Assembly (NCBI GenBank): GCA_001603165.1
Contig: LVBN01000080.1
Span: 181-64,180 of the forward strand
DNA: 64,000 nucleotides
From: Spirochaetales bacterium Spiro_12
GTDB taxonomy: Bacteria; Spirochaetota; Spirochaetia; Treponematales; Rectinemataceae
Direction of reading: 5' to 3'
Shown here: positions 9,569 to 17,983 of the stretch, one piece after another
How the letters are laid out: each line of letters opens with the position of its first letter
Numbering within the stretch: the stretch's first letter is position 1
Made by a program: the position numbers and the translations under genes
The notes under the pieces: generated by a model
The model's database searches: none
What the model saw: only the letters and a program-made list of their open reading frames with translations
Told to the model about the DNA's origin: nothing

Positions 9569-10548
9569 GTGGAAGCTCCTTTTAGGTTGCGGTATGGAAT
9601 CCATACCTCGGTAATGCCCAGTACGGGCAAGCCAATCAAAACTACGGCGCTGGTGGCCTGATTAAAAAAGGCCGCGATCAACGCCAAAGGCAAAAGGCGC
9701 CGCAAGAGCGCCGGGACCGCCGGTTTGTGCAGCAGGAATGAAAGCACCCCCATGCCCTGCAATCCGTAGATCGAGGCGGCGCAGAGCGCCAGGTTCCATG
9801 CCAGCAAAAGCCAAAGCCCCTGGGCTTTGAGCACGAGCGCCAGGAAAAGAAAGCTCCAGAGCGACAGGCTCGGCCAGAGCGCCTTATGCGGCACCTTGAC
9901 CGCCGCGAGGCGGGGAACTTTCCTGACAGGCCTAAGGTCGGCCAGAGCGGCTCTGGTTTTCGAGGCGAGCAGGCTTCCAAGCCACCAGCTGCCGGCGAGC
10001 ATCCAAAGAATAAAGACGCTGAATCCCGAGCTGATGATGTTTATAGCCCGCCGCACCAACTCCGCGGCTAGTCCTGTCTTGTCCAAGGCCAGGCCGCTGG
10101 AATCTATCGTCTCCTCGACATAGGCCGAGAGCTGGCTTATGAAGGCCCTGTCCTTTTCCATGCGCAGCACGAAGGGCAGCGCGATGAGAGAAAGGACGAG
10201 CACGGCCAGAAGTACGCGGGCGATTCTGGGCAGCTTGGGGGTTTCGGCGTTTATCCAGTACAGGGCGGCCAATAGCAAAAGCGGGGGCAGACAGCCCGAG
10301 AGCAGGGAAATGAAATCGAAAAACCTGAGCTGGACCATTCTTACGCCCGTGCCCGCCGCTATGACCACGAAGGCTACGACGGAGGAGACAAGCCCCGCCC
10401 TCGCGCCCCTTCCTGCGATGGATTGCTGCACCGGGACGAGAAAGGCGAAGGAGAGAATATAGGAAAGATATAGAAAGCCTGATAACAGTCCCGCCGATAC
10501 ATCCGCGAGAAGTATTCTCTTCTTGGCCAACCGTCCCTGCTCGTCCAC
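9565..10548 (-). CDS. Polytopic membrane protein, DUF2232/YybS-like (assignment from context and topology)
   Basis: The ORF-track ORF overlaps rpsR, so it was trimmed to in-frame GTG 10548, which has a GAGG SD. Multiple hydrophobic helices. The position between rpsR and rplI is as for yybS in Firmicutes. Confidence 0.65.
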   Translation of the reverse strand: MDEQGRLAKKRILLADVSAGLLSGFLYLSYILSFAFLVPVQQSIAGRGARAGLVSSVVAFVVIAAGTGVRMVQLRFFDFISLLSGCLPPLLLLAALYWINAETPKLPRIARVLLAVLVLSLIALPFVLRMEKDRAFISQLSAYVEETIDSSGLALDKTGLAAELVRRAINIISSGFSVFILWMLAGSWWLGSLLASKTRAALADLRPVRKVPRLAAVKVPHKALWPSLSLWSFLFLALVLKAQGLWLLLAWNLALCAASIYGLQGMGVLSFLLHKPAVPALLRRLLPLALIAAFFNQATSAVVLIGLPVLGITEVWIPYRNLKGAST

Positions 10549-10562
10549 CTTCAGCCTCGGAG

Positions 10563-10880
10563 TTATTTTACGACGTAGGGCAGAAGGGCAAGCGATCTCG
10601 CCCGCTTGATATTGACCGCCAGTTCGCGCTGGTGCTTGGAGCAGGTTCCGGTAATGCGCCGGGGCAATATCTTGCCGCGCTCGGTTGTGTAGCGCCGGAG
10701 CGTATCCGAATCCTTGTAATCGATGTGGGCCTTCTGGGTGCAGAACTTGCATACCTTCTTTTTGAAGAAGCCCTTTCCCTTGCGGGGGCCGCCGCGATCG
10801 TCCTGGTCCCTGCGACCGTCGCCCTGATCCATTTCGGGACGGCCCGAGCGTCCCTCGTTCATATCTTTCATATCAGCCAT
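10563..10880 (-). CDS. rpsR: 30S ribosomal protein S18
   Basis: [35 protein letters not shown] core. Charged N-terminal extension. Confidence 0.96.
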   Translation of the reverse strand: MADMKDMNEGRSGRPEMDQGDGRRDQDDRGGPRKGKGFFKKKVCKFCTQKAHIDYKDSDTLRRYTTERGKILPRRITGTCSKHQRELAVNIKRARSLALLPYVVK

Positions 10881-10910
10881 GAGATTTCTCCTTGTTTCCT
10901 TTCGATAGCC

Positions 10911-11378
10911 TTAGAAGGGAATATCATCGTCGAAGCTGTCGATCGGCGATGAGTTCTGGGCCGATGCTCCGCCGGACGATCTCGGTCCTGCGGAGGCGTC
11001 CTGCGCCCCGTAGGGCTGGCCCTTGGTCGATGGACCGCTTCCCTGATTGCCGGAAGAACTCCCCATCAACCGGACGTTGCTCGCGTTTACGATCACCTTG
11101 CTGCGGGGTTGTCCGTCCTGCTCCCAGCGATCCTGGCGTAGTTCGCCTTCGACGGCGACCTGCTGTCCCTTGGTCAGGTAGCGATTAACCGCCTCGGCGC
11201 CCTTTCCCCAAAAATCGATGTCGAAAAAGCTCGTCTCGTCGACCCATTGATCGTCCTGCTTTCTCGAGCGGTTTACCGCCAAGGAAAACCTTGCGATGGC
11301 CGTGCCCGATTTCGTGTATTTGAGCTCAGCGTCCCTGGTGAGCCTGCCCACCAAGACGACGACGTTTATATCGCGCAT
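10911..11378 (-). CDS. ssb: Single-stranded DNA-binding protein
   Basis: OB-fold N-terminus MRDINVVVLVGRLTRDAELKYT, G/S/Q-rich linker, canonical acidic tip DDDIPF. Confidence 0.96.
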   Translation of the reverse strand: MRDINVVVLVGRLTRDAELKYTKSGTAIARFSLAVNRSRKQDDQWVDETSFFDIDFWGKGAEAVNRYLTKGQQVAVEGELRQDRWEQDGQPRSKVIVNASNVRLMGSSSGNQGSGPSTKGQPYGAQDASAGPRSSGGASAQNSSPIDSFDDDIPF

Positions 11379-11397
11379 CTGAACACCCCCTTGGTAC

Positions 11398-11679
11398 CTA
11401 AGCTTCCGACTTCACCACGAGATACTTTAGAATGCTGGTGTTGAGTTTGAAGGCCCTTTCCAACGGGGTGACATTCTGGGCGTCCAGGGAAAACTTATAC
11501 AGAATATAGTGTCCCCGCTCCCGCTTTTTTACCGGATAAGCGAGCGGGCGGTCTCCCATATCCTCGTCCTTGACGTCGGCGGCGGCGAATTGCGCCAGAT
11601 CCGACATCACTGCTTCCTTGCCTTTGTGGAAGGCGTCTTCCTCAGAAGGCAAGACCACGACTAACTCGTATTGTCTCAT
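11398..11679 (-). CDS. rpsF: 30S ribosomal protein S6
   Basis: Start trimmed to ATG 11679 (GAGGAGGAAAG SD; MRQYELVVVL). Confidence 0.95.
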   Translation of the reverse strand: MRQYELVVVLPSEEDAFHKGKEAVMSDLAQFAAADVKDEDMGDRPLAYPVKKRERGHYILYKFSLDAQNVTPLERAFKLNTSILKYLVVKSEA

Positions 11680-11771
11680 GCTTTCCTCCTCGTGGACCTG
11701 GTCCCCCATACGGGGGACGATTGATTCGGAGCGGTTCCGCGGGGAGCCGATCCGAATAAAGAGGGAGCGTT

Positions 11772-11801
11772 CTTATATCACGGGAAAGCCTTTTTATGCA
11801 A
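11772..11801 (-). promoter_or_regulatory. Candidate sigma70-type promoter of the rpsF-ssb-rpsR operon
   Basis: Minus strand TTGCAT(11801-11796)-18 nt-TATAAG(11777-11772). Confidence 0.4.
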
Positions 11802-11804
11802 TAC

Positions 11805-11833
11805 TTGCAATTAAGGCCGCGATTTCCCATAAT
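11805..11833 (+). promoter_or_regulatory. Candidate sigma70-type promoter of hisS
   Basis: TTGCAA(11805-11810)-17 nt-CATAAT(11828-11833). GGAGG SD precedes ATG 11860. Confidence 0.45.
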
Positions 11834-11859
11834 TGCCCTCATTCTACATCGGAGGAACA

Positions 11860-13179
11860 ATGCCCGACATTATCGAGCCCCGAGTGCTCAAAGGCTTCCG
11901 CGACTACCTGCCCGATGCCGAGCAGGCGAGGAACAGCCTCCTTTCCCGTCTCGAATCAGTTTTCCGTTCCTTTGGCTTTGTGCCCATAGACACCCCGGCC
12001 CTGGAATATGCCGAAATACTTCTGGGCAAGGGAGGGGGAGAAACGGATAAGCAGGTGTACCGCTTTACCGACAACGGAGGCCGCGAAGTGGCTCTCCGTT
12101 TCGACCTCACCGTCCCCTTCGCCCGTTTCATGGCCGAGCACGTGGAGGAGCTCTACCTCCCCTTCCGCCGCTACCACATGGCCAAGGTTTGGAGGGGCGA
12201 GAATACCCAGCGGGGCCGGTACAGGGAGTTCATGCAGTGCGATTTCGATATAGTGGGAACCGACAGCGCCTCCGCGGACGCCGACATACTCCTGGTCATC
12301 GCCCAGGCGATCAGGGCGCTGGAGGCCGGAAAAGCGAGGATCAGGGTGAACCACCGGGCGTTGTTCAATCGCTTTCTCGCCCGGGCGGGCTGTCTGGACA
12401 AGTCGGTTTCCATTCTCCGCAGCGTCGACAAAATCGAAAAAATCGGCACGGGGAAAACAAGGGAGCTGTTGACCGCCGAGGTCGGCTCCGGAATAGCCGA
12501 CGAGATTCTGAGCTTCATCGAGCCTGGAAGGGATTTTGAAACCACCCTGGAGAAAATGGCCTCTTTTTGCGATAAAAACGATGATGAGGCGATGGCGGCG
12601 AAACAGCGGCTTCGGGATGTATACGAAATAGCACTCGCCGCCGGCGCCGCCGAATCCTTGTACCTGGACCCCAGCATCACCCGTGGGCTGGATTATTATA
12701 CCGGAGTCGTCTTCGAAACATTCTTGGACGATTTGCCCTCCATCGGTTCGGTCTGTTCCGGGGGGCGATATAACGAGCTGGCTGGCCTTTACACCACCCG
12801 CTCCCTGCCCGGCGTTGGCGCCTCGGTTGGGTTGGATCGTCTTTTGAGCGCCATGGAGGCCCTGAAACGTCCTTTGCGCCGCGATTCGCTGCCACGGCTT
12901 CTCCTGGCCAATTTGGGCGAGGCGCCCGAATCCGAACTGCATCGTATAGCCACGGCGCTCCGCTTCCGCGGCCTCTCCTGCGAGGTCTACCCTGAGGCTA
13001 AAAAGCTGCTGAACCAATACTCTTTCGCCCAGAAAAAATCCATCCCCTTCGCCTTGCTTATGGACGCCTCATCGATGGGGCGGCAAATCTATCCGCTCAG
13101 GGACCTGGAGCGGCGAAGTACCAGAGAGTTCTCAAGCCTGGACGAACTGGCCGAATTCCTCAAGGCGACGAAGGCTTGA
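11860..13179 (+). CDS. hisS: Histidine--tRNA ligase
   Basis: Start trimmed to ATG 11860 (MPDIIEPRVLKGFRDYLP). Class II motifs FRYHMAKVWRGENTQRGRYREFMQCDFD and GGRYNEL. Confidence 0.95.
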   Translation: MPDIIEPRVLKGFRDYLPDAEQARNSLLSRLESVFRSFGFVPIDTPALEYAEILLGKGGGETDKQVYRFTDNGGREVALRFDLTVPFARFMAEHVEELYLPFRRYHMAKVWRGENTQRGRYREFMQCDFDIVGTDSASADADILLVIAQAIRALEAGKARIRVNHRALFNRFLARAGCLDKSVSILRSVDKIEKIGTGKTRELLTAEVGSGIADEILSFIEPGRDFETTLEKMASFCDKNDDEAMAAKQRLRDVYEIALAAGAAESLYLDPSITRGLDYYTGVVFETFLDDLPSIGSVCSGGRYNELAGLYTTRSLPGVGASVGLDRLLSAMEALKRPLRRDSLPRLLLANLGEAPESELHRIATALRFRGLSCEVYPEAKKLLNQYSFAQKKSIPFALLMDASSMGRQIYPLRDLERRSTREFSSLDELAEFLKATKA

Positions 13180-13898
13180 GCCTAGGTAGCCCATCCAGCC
13201 AGGATAGTAGCGCCGATCCAGGCTCCCGCTCCCAGCGGCAAGCTGTCCGCAGCTATGTGCTCCGGGCGGGGAGAATGACCGAGGCGCAGCGGCGGGCGAT
13301 TGAGGAACTGGGCCCTCTGTACACGCTTCCCTTCGACGACAAGCCGCTGAAGCCCTCCGGGATTTTTCCGGAACCCAAGCCCCTGATCCTTGAGATCGGC
13401 TTCGGCATGGGTTTGGCCACCTGGCAAATCGCCCTGGGAAGGCCAGAGTTCAATTACCTCGGGGTGGAGGTTCACAGCCCCGGAGTCGGGCGACTCTTGA
13501 TGGAAATACGCGACAGGGGCATATCCAACCTGAAAATAATCCAGCATGACGCCGTGGAGGTGCTTCAGGCCATGATAGCCCCCGGGGGCCTGGCGGGCCT
13601 GCATATTTTTTATCCCGATCCCTGGCCGAAGAAGCGACATCACAAGCGGCGGCTCATGCGCCCCGCCCTGGTCGATCTCATGGCCTCCCGCCTGGCGCCG
13701 GGAGCCTACCTTTATTTCGTCACGGATATAGAGGATTACGCAAACCAGACCATGGAAGTCTTGGGCGCTTGCGGCGCATTGAAAAACGCATACGAAGCCT
13801 TCGCGCCGAAAATGGAGTGGAGACCCAGGACAAAATTCGAAGGAAGGGCTATGAAGGAATCCCGGCCCTGCTTCGAGCTGTTCTTCGTCAAGGCTTGA
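13176..13898 (+). CDS. trmB: tRNA (guanine46-N7)-methyltransferase
   Basis: VRSYVLRAGRMTEAQ, ILEIGFGMG (SAM motif) and FYPDPWPKKRHHKRRL match TrmB. The TTG start overlaps the hisS stop; the exact start is uncertain. Confidence 0.9.
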   Translation: MSLGSPSSQDSSADPGSRSQRQAVRSYVLRAGRMTEAQRRAIEELGPLYTLPFDDKPLKPSGIFPEPKPLILEIGFGMGLATWQIALGRPEFNYLGVEVHSPGVGRLLMEIRDRGISNLKIIQHDAVEVLQAMIAPGGLAGLHIFYPDPWPKKRHHKRRLMRPALVDLMASRLAPGAYLYFVTDIEDYANQTMEVLGACGALKNAYEAFAPKMEWRPRTKFEGRAMKESRPCFELFFVKA

Positions 13899-13926
13899 GC
13901 CGGGGAGCTTCCGGCGGCTTTTTTTT
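13899..13926 (+). terminator. Intrinsic terminator of trmB
   Basis: GCCGG-ggagctt-CCGGC hairpin followed by a T8-9 run. The T run overlaps the stop of the convergent helicase gene. Confidence 0.55.
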
Positions 13927-16595
13927 CACTCGAAAAATGAGCTGAGCTTTCTGTAAAGGTCGCCGATACGTTCTTTCGCCTCGGCGGCCAGCTCAACGCC
14001 GTCCGCCGCGTCGATCAGAGCTTCGAGGCTGGCGATGCTTTCGTTCAGGGCTGTGTGGAAGCCCTTCGAGATCCTGAACCAGAAGACCCCCTCACCGTCG
14101 GTGTAGAGACTGACGAAGCCAAGTTTCTTATCCTTGCCCTTGGGTTTGGCCACCTGAAAAACATGGGAAAGGTTTTCGACCAGTTCGCCGAAGTTCCGGG
14201 CATCCAGGCCGCCGTTTCCCCCTTTGTCGAGAATTTCAAAATTCCTGCTTCTGGGCCATTCCCGCTGGAGGTCCCTGTCCAAATCGAGCCAATCCTTTAT
14301 TCTGATGACCGTCTCCAGCTTATCGCCTTCGAGGAGGCTGTAGCCTCCTTGCTGAATGACAGCCAGCAGCCCCTTGAAGGCGGCGGCGGAGCCTTGATCC
14401 AAATTGTCCCTGGCCACTGTAAAGCGTTCCCAGGGCAGAAGGACCATTTTCTTCTTTCCCCTGCCCTTCACCAAATCGAAAATCTGGCCCCCCAGTTGTA
14501 TTGTGTCGGTGAAGCTCCTGGGCGCCTGACGCCCGGCGGCCTTTTCCTCCCCTCCCCGAGCCTTCGCCCTCCGTTCGACGGCGGATGTTGCCCTGCCCGC
14601 CTGGCCGCCGGAGATCGCCGACAGGCGCTCGGCCACCATTGGCGATATGCGGCGCAAAATTTCCCTGGACAGGGGCGACACCGACATGGCGTACATGCGG
14701 GTGGTGCGCACGATTTCGCCGGCGACGATAAAATCCGGATTCTCCCTGAACATGACCGATCCGGGATGGATTTGGATTTTCTCCGCCGTGAGGGACCTGA
14801 AAAGCCCCCTCTCCTGCCTGGCGCAGACGAATTGTATGAGACCGCGGCTTACCGCGCAGAGATAATCCGCGAGGGAGCCTCCCCGGGAAATAGGGAAGCC
14901 CATGTCCGAAACGATGATTTCCAGCTGCTCCCGAATTCGGAGGATCTCCCGCATCGTCCGCTCGTCCAGGTAGTTGTGTTCGCAAAACCTGGTCTTGTCC
15001 GCCGCCGCGACAAAGGCATCGTAAATTCTCAAATAGGAGACAAAGTCTCCCATGGGATCCCGGAAGGCGTGGTGGGCTTTTCGCGCTTCCAGTTCCTCCC
15101 CCGGAGGAAGCACGTAGGGGCTCATGGTGGACAAAAAGGAAGCGGCGACCAGGGTTTCGTGGATAACCTCCGGGTAGCGCAGCATCGATTCGACGATCAT
15201 CCGGGACAGGCGAGGCAGGAGGGGAAAGGCGCACATGAGTTCGCCGGTCTTGGAAAGCCTCCTGTCCTCGGAGAGAGCGTCCAGAAGGTTGAGAATATCG
15301 ATCGCCCCCGCTATCCCGCTCTTGGGCGGCTTGGATATGAAATCGAATTCCTCGAAATTGCTGATCCCCAGCTCCGCCATTCTCAGCACCACTTCGGAAA
15401 GATCGGTTCTGTATATCTCCTCGGTGGTGAACAAGGGGCGGTTTTCGAAGTCCTTACGGGGATACAGGCGATAGCATGTGCCGGGTCTTGTCCGGCCCGC
15501 CCTGCCCTTGCGCTGGTTGCAGGAAGCCTTGGAAATCGGGGTTTCGATGAGACTCGCGGTGAAGCTTCTGGGATTGTAGTAATTGAGCTTGGCAAGGCCG
15601 GAGTCTATGACGACGGTGATTCCGTCGATGGTGACGCTGGTTTCGGCGATATTCGTGGCGATGACAACCTTGGATTTACCCAGGGGCGCGGGGTGGAAGA
15701 CCTTTTCCTGTTCGTCCTTTCCCAGCCTGGCGTAGAGCGGCACTATGTGGAGGGCTTCGGCCATGGGACTCTGATAGAGTCGCATGGCGCATTCCTTGAT
15801 TGTTTTCTCGCCCGGAAGAAAGACCAGGATATCCCCCTCCTCGTCTTCCGCCCTCGAGGAGAGGCTTCGCTGGATTATCGAGAGGATCTTGTCGTAGAGC
15901 GCTTCGTCGCTATAGCGGAGGGGAGAGCTGGATTCCGGTTTTCGCCCGGAATTCCTGTTTCCGCCCCGGAGCTCCTCCTTGGGCTTTCCCCCGGGTTTTT
16001 CCAGTCCCTGCGCCTCGATCACCGGATCGTAGATGAGGGTCACCGGATAGGTTTGGGTCTCGATCTTGACTATCGGGCATTCGCCGAAGTATTCGGAAAA
16101 AACCTGGGCGTTGATCGTGGCCGAGGAGACGATCACCTTGAATTCCGCCCTCGTCTCCAGGACCTGCTTTAAAAGGCCGAGGATAAAGTCGATATTCAGG
16201 CTCCGCTCGTGGGCCTCGTCCACCATGATAACCTGGTACCTGGACATGTAGGGATCGAGCTTCATCTCCTGGAGGAGAATACCGTCGGTCATTATTTTTA
16301 TTTTTGTATCGACGCCGGTCTTGTCCTCGAAACGCATCTTGTACCCCACCAGGCCACCGACCTTGACTTCGAGCTGGCGGGCTATGAAATCGCTGACCGA
16401 GAGCGTGGCGATCCGCCGCGGCTGGGTTACGCCGATGAGACCCTTAGTGGCGTACCCGGCCTCGTGGAGAATTATGGGAAGCTGGGTCGTCTTGCCCGAC
16501 CCGGTGGGGCTCTCGACGACCACCACCTGGTTTTCCGCCAGGGCGGTCAATATTTTATCTTTCTGCTGATAGACAGGCAGTTCGTGGGGATGCAT
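13926..16595 (-). CDS. hrpA: ATP-dependent DEAH-box RNA helicase, HrpA/HrpB family
   Basis: GSGKTTQ Walker A, DEAHERSLNIDF, helicase C and HA2-like regions. ORF-track start is 16631. ATG 16595 is preferred because TATAGT sits exactly 6 nt upstream and no SD is present. Confidence 0.9.
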   Translation of the reverse strand: MHPHELPVYQQKDKILTALAENQVVVVESPTGSGKTTQLPIILHEAGYATKGLIGVTQPRRIATLSVSDFIARQLEVKVGGLVGYKMRFEDKTGVDTKIKIMTDGILLQEMKLDPYMSRYQVIMVDEAHERSLNIDFILGLLKQVLETRAEFKVIVSSATINAQVFSEYFGECPIVKIETQTYPVTLIYDPVIEAQGLEKPGGKPKEELRGGNRNSGRKPESSSPLRYSDEALYDKILSIIQRSLSSRAEDEEGDILVFLPGEKTIKECAMRLYQSPMAEALHIVPLYARLGKDEQEKVFHPAPLGKSKVVIATNIAETSVTIDGITVVIDSGLAKLNYYNPRSFTASLIETPISKASCNQRKGRAGRTRPGTCYRLYPRKDFENRPLFTTEEIYRTDLSEVVLRMAELGISNFEEFDFISKPPKSGIAGAIDILNLLDALSEDRRLSKTGELMCAFPLLPRLSRMIVESMLRYPEVIHETLVAASFLSTMSPYVLPPGEELEARKAHHAFRDPMGDFVSYLRIYDAFVAAADKTRFCEHNYLDERTMREILRIREQLEIIVSDMGFPISRGGSLADYLCAVSRGLIQFVCARQERGLFRSLTAEKIQIHPGSVMFRENPDFIVAGEIVRTTRMYAMSVSPLSREILRRISPMVAERLSAISGGQAGRATSAVERRAKARGGEEKAAGRQAPRSFTDTIQLGGQIFDLVKGRGKKKMVLLPWERFTVARDNLDQGSAAAFKGLLAVIQQGGYSLLEGDKLETVIRIKDWLDLDRDLQREWPRSRNFEILDKGGNGGLDARNFGELVENLSHVFQVAKPKGKDKKLGFVSLYTDGEGVFWFRISKGFHTALNESIASLEALIDAADGVELAAEAKERIGDLYRKLSSFFE

Positions 16596-16630
16596 AAAGA
16601 TACTATACACGAAACGATCGTTCTGTTCCA
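16596..16630 (-). promoter_or_regulatory. Candidate leaderless-type promoter of the DEAH helicase gene
   Basis: The minus strand reads tcgTGTATAGT(16607-16602)atctttATG(16595). Weak -35 TGGAAC. Confidence 0.35.
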
Positions 16631-16678
16631 TCGGAGCGAGCCCGGGCCTTCTTTCCGCTTCAGGCGGCCGCGAGCCCG

Positions 16679-16687
16679 TGCTATACT
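16679..16687 (+). promoter_or_regulatory. Extended -10 promoter (TGcTATACT) of the transporter gene
   Basis: TGcTATACT, then 8 nt, then ATG 16696, with no SD. The GTG 16678 ORF-track start lies inside this element. Confidence 0.45.
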
Positions 16688-16695
16688 GGCCGCCG

Positions 16696-17958
16696 ATGAA
16701 CCTCCTTCAACCGACGATTTACCTTGTCATCGTCCTGGCCTTTTTCGGCATAGCCATAGGCCGCCTTCCCCGCCTGGCCATGAACCGCGCAAGCATGGCC
16801 CTGGCGGCCGCCCTGATGCTTGTCCTTCTCGGCGGGATTTCCTATGCCGAGGCTTTCGCCGCCATCGACATCGAAACCCTCGCCCTTCTTTTGGCGATGA
16901 TGCTCATAGTGGCCAACCTGAGAATCTCGGGGTTTTTCGGCATCGCCGGCAGCCGGCTTTTAGCCATGGCGGGTAAGCCCCGGTCTTTTCTCGCGCTGGT
17001 GATCCTCTCCTCGGGCCTGCTCTCCGCCCTTTTCCTGAATGACACCATCTGCCTCATGCTCACGCCCCTGGTGATCGAAATCGCCAGGCGAAAAAAGCTG
17101 AACGGCAGACCATATCTTATCGCCCTGGCCGTCTCGGCCAACGCGGGCTCCTGCGCCACTCTCATCGGCAACCCGCAGAATATGCTCATCGCCTCCCAAT
17201 CCGGCCTGGGATTTTTCGACTTTGTTCTTCTTCTTGGACCTCCTTCCCTCTTCGCCCTTGGCCTATGTTTTGCCGCCTGTCTTCTGGCCTTTCCCGGGGA
17301 ATTCTCCTCCCTCGGCCCGGGGGCTTCCGGGCTGGATTCGCGCGCGGTGCTTTCGGACCCGGGACCGGCCCCCGAAGCGAAGGACCGCAGGCTGATGATA
17401 AAGAGTCTGGTGGCGGCGGGCCTACTCCTGGTTTTGCTCGCGGCGGGGCTCAGGACGAGCGTGGCGGCCTTGGCGGCTTCCACGCTGCTTCTCGTGAGCC
17501 GTCGCACAGCGCCGGAGCGCGTATTCGGCCATGTGGATTTCGAGCTCCTGGTGTTTTTCTCCGGTCTCTTCGTGCTCACCGCGGCGGTGGCCAAGACCCC
17601 CCTGTTCACCACCCTTATGGGCGCCCTGGGGCCTTCTCTCAAAGAACCGGGACTCGCCTTCGCCGCGTCGGTGACCCTGGTATCGAACCTGGTATCCAAT
17701 GTTCCCGCGGTGATGCTCCTCTCTCCCCTGGCATCGGGGTTCAGCAATTCCCGCATAGCCTGGCTCAGCCTGGCAATGGCCAGCACTTTCGCGGGCAACC
17801 TGACCCTCCTTGGGTCGGTGGCCAACCTCATCGTCGCCGGCCAGGCCGAAAAGGAGGGGCTCAGGATAGGGTTTCTGGATTATCTCAAACTCGGCTTGCC
17901 GGTTACCCTGATTTCCGTGATAGCGGGCAGCCTATGGCTCCAGGCGATGGGGAGTTGA
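16696..17958 (+). CDS. Anion permease of the ArsB/NhaD (YbiR-like) superfamily
   Basis: About 10-12 predicted TM helices. MNLLQPTIYLVIVLAFFGIAIGRLP start and ANAGSCATLIGNPQNMLIA segment are typical of YbiR/citrate-transporter-like permeases. Confidence 0.8.
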   Translation: MNLLQPTIYLVIVLAFFGIAIGRLPRLAMNRASMALAAALMLVLLGGISYAEAFAAIDIETLALLLAMMLIVANLRISGFFGIAGSRLLAMAGKPRSFLALVILSSGLLSALFLNDTICLMLTPLVIEIARRKKLNGRPYLIALAVSANAGSCATLIGNPQNMLIASQSGLGFFDFVLLLGPPSLFALGLCFAACLLAFPGEFSSLGPGASGLDSRAVLSDPGPAPEAKDRRLMIKSLVAAGLLLVLLAAGLRTSVAALAASTLLLVSRRTAPERVFGHVDFELLVFFSGLFVLTAAVAKTPLFTTLMGALGPSLKEPGLAFAASVTLVSNLVSNVPAVMLLSPLASGFSNSRIAWLSLAMASTFAGNLTLLGSVANLIVAGQAEKEGLRIGFLDYLKLGLPVTLISVIAGSLWLQAMGS

Positions 17959-17983
17959 GGTATACTAGGGTGTAGAGGAAACA

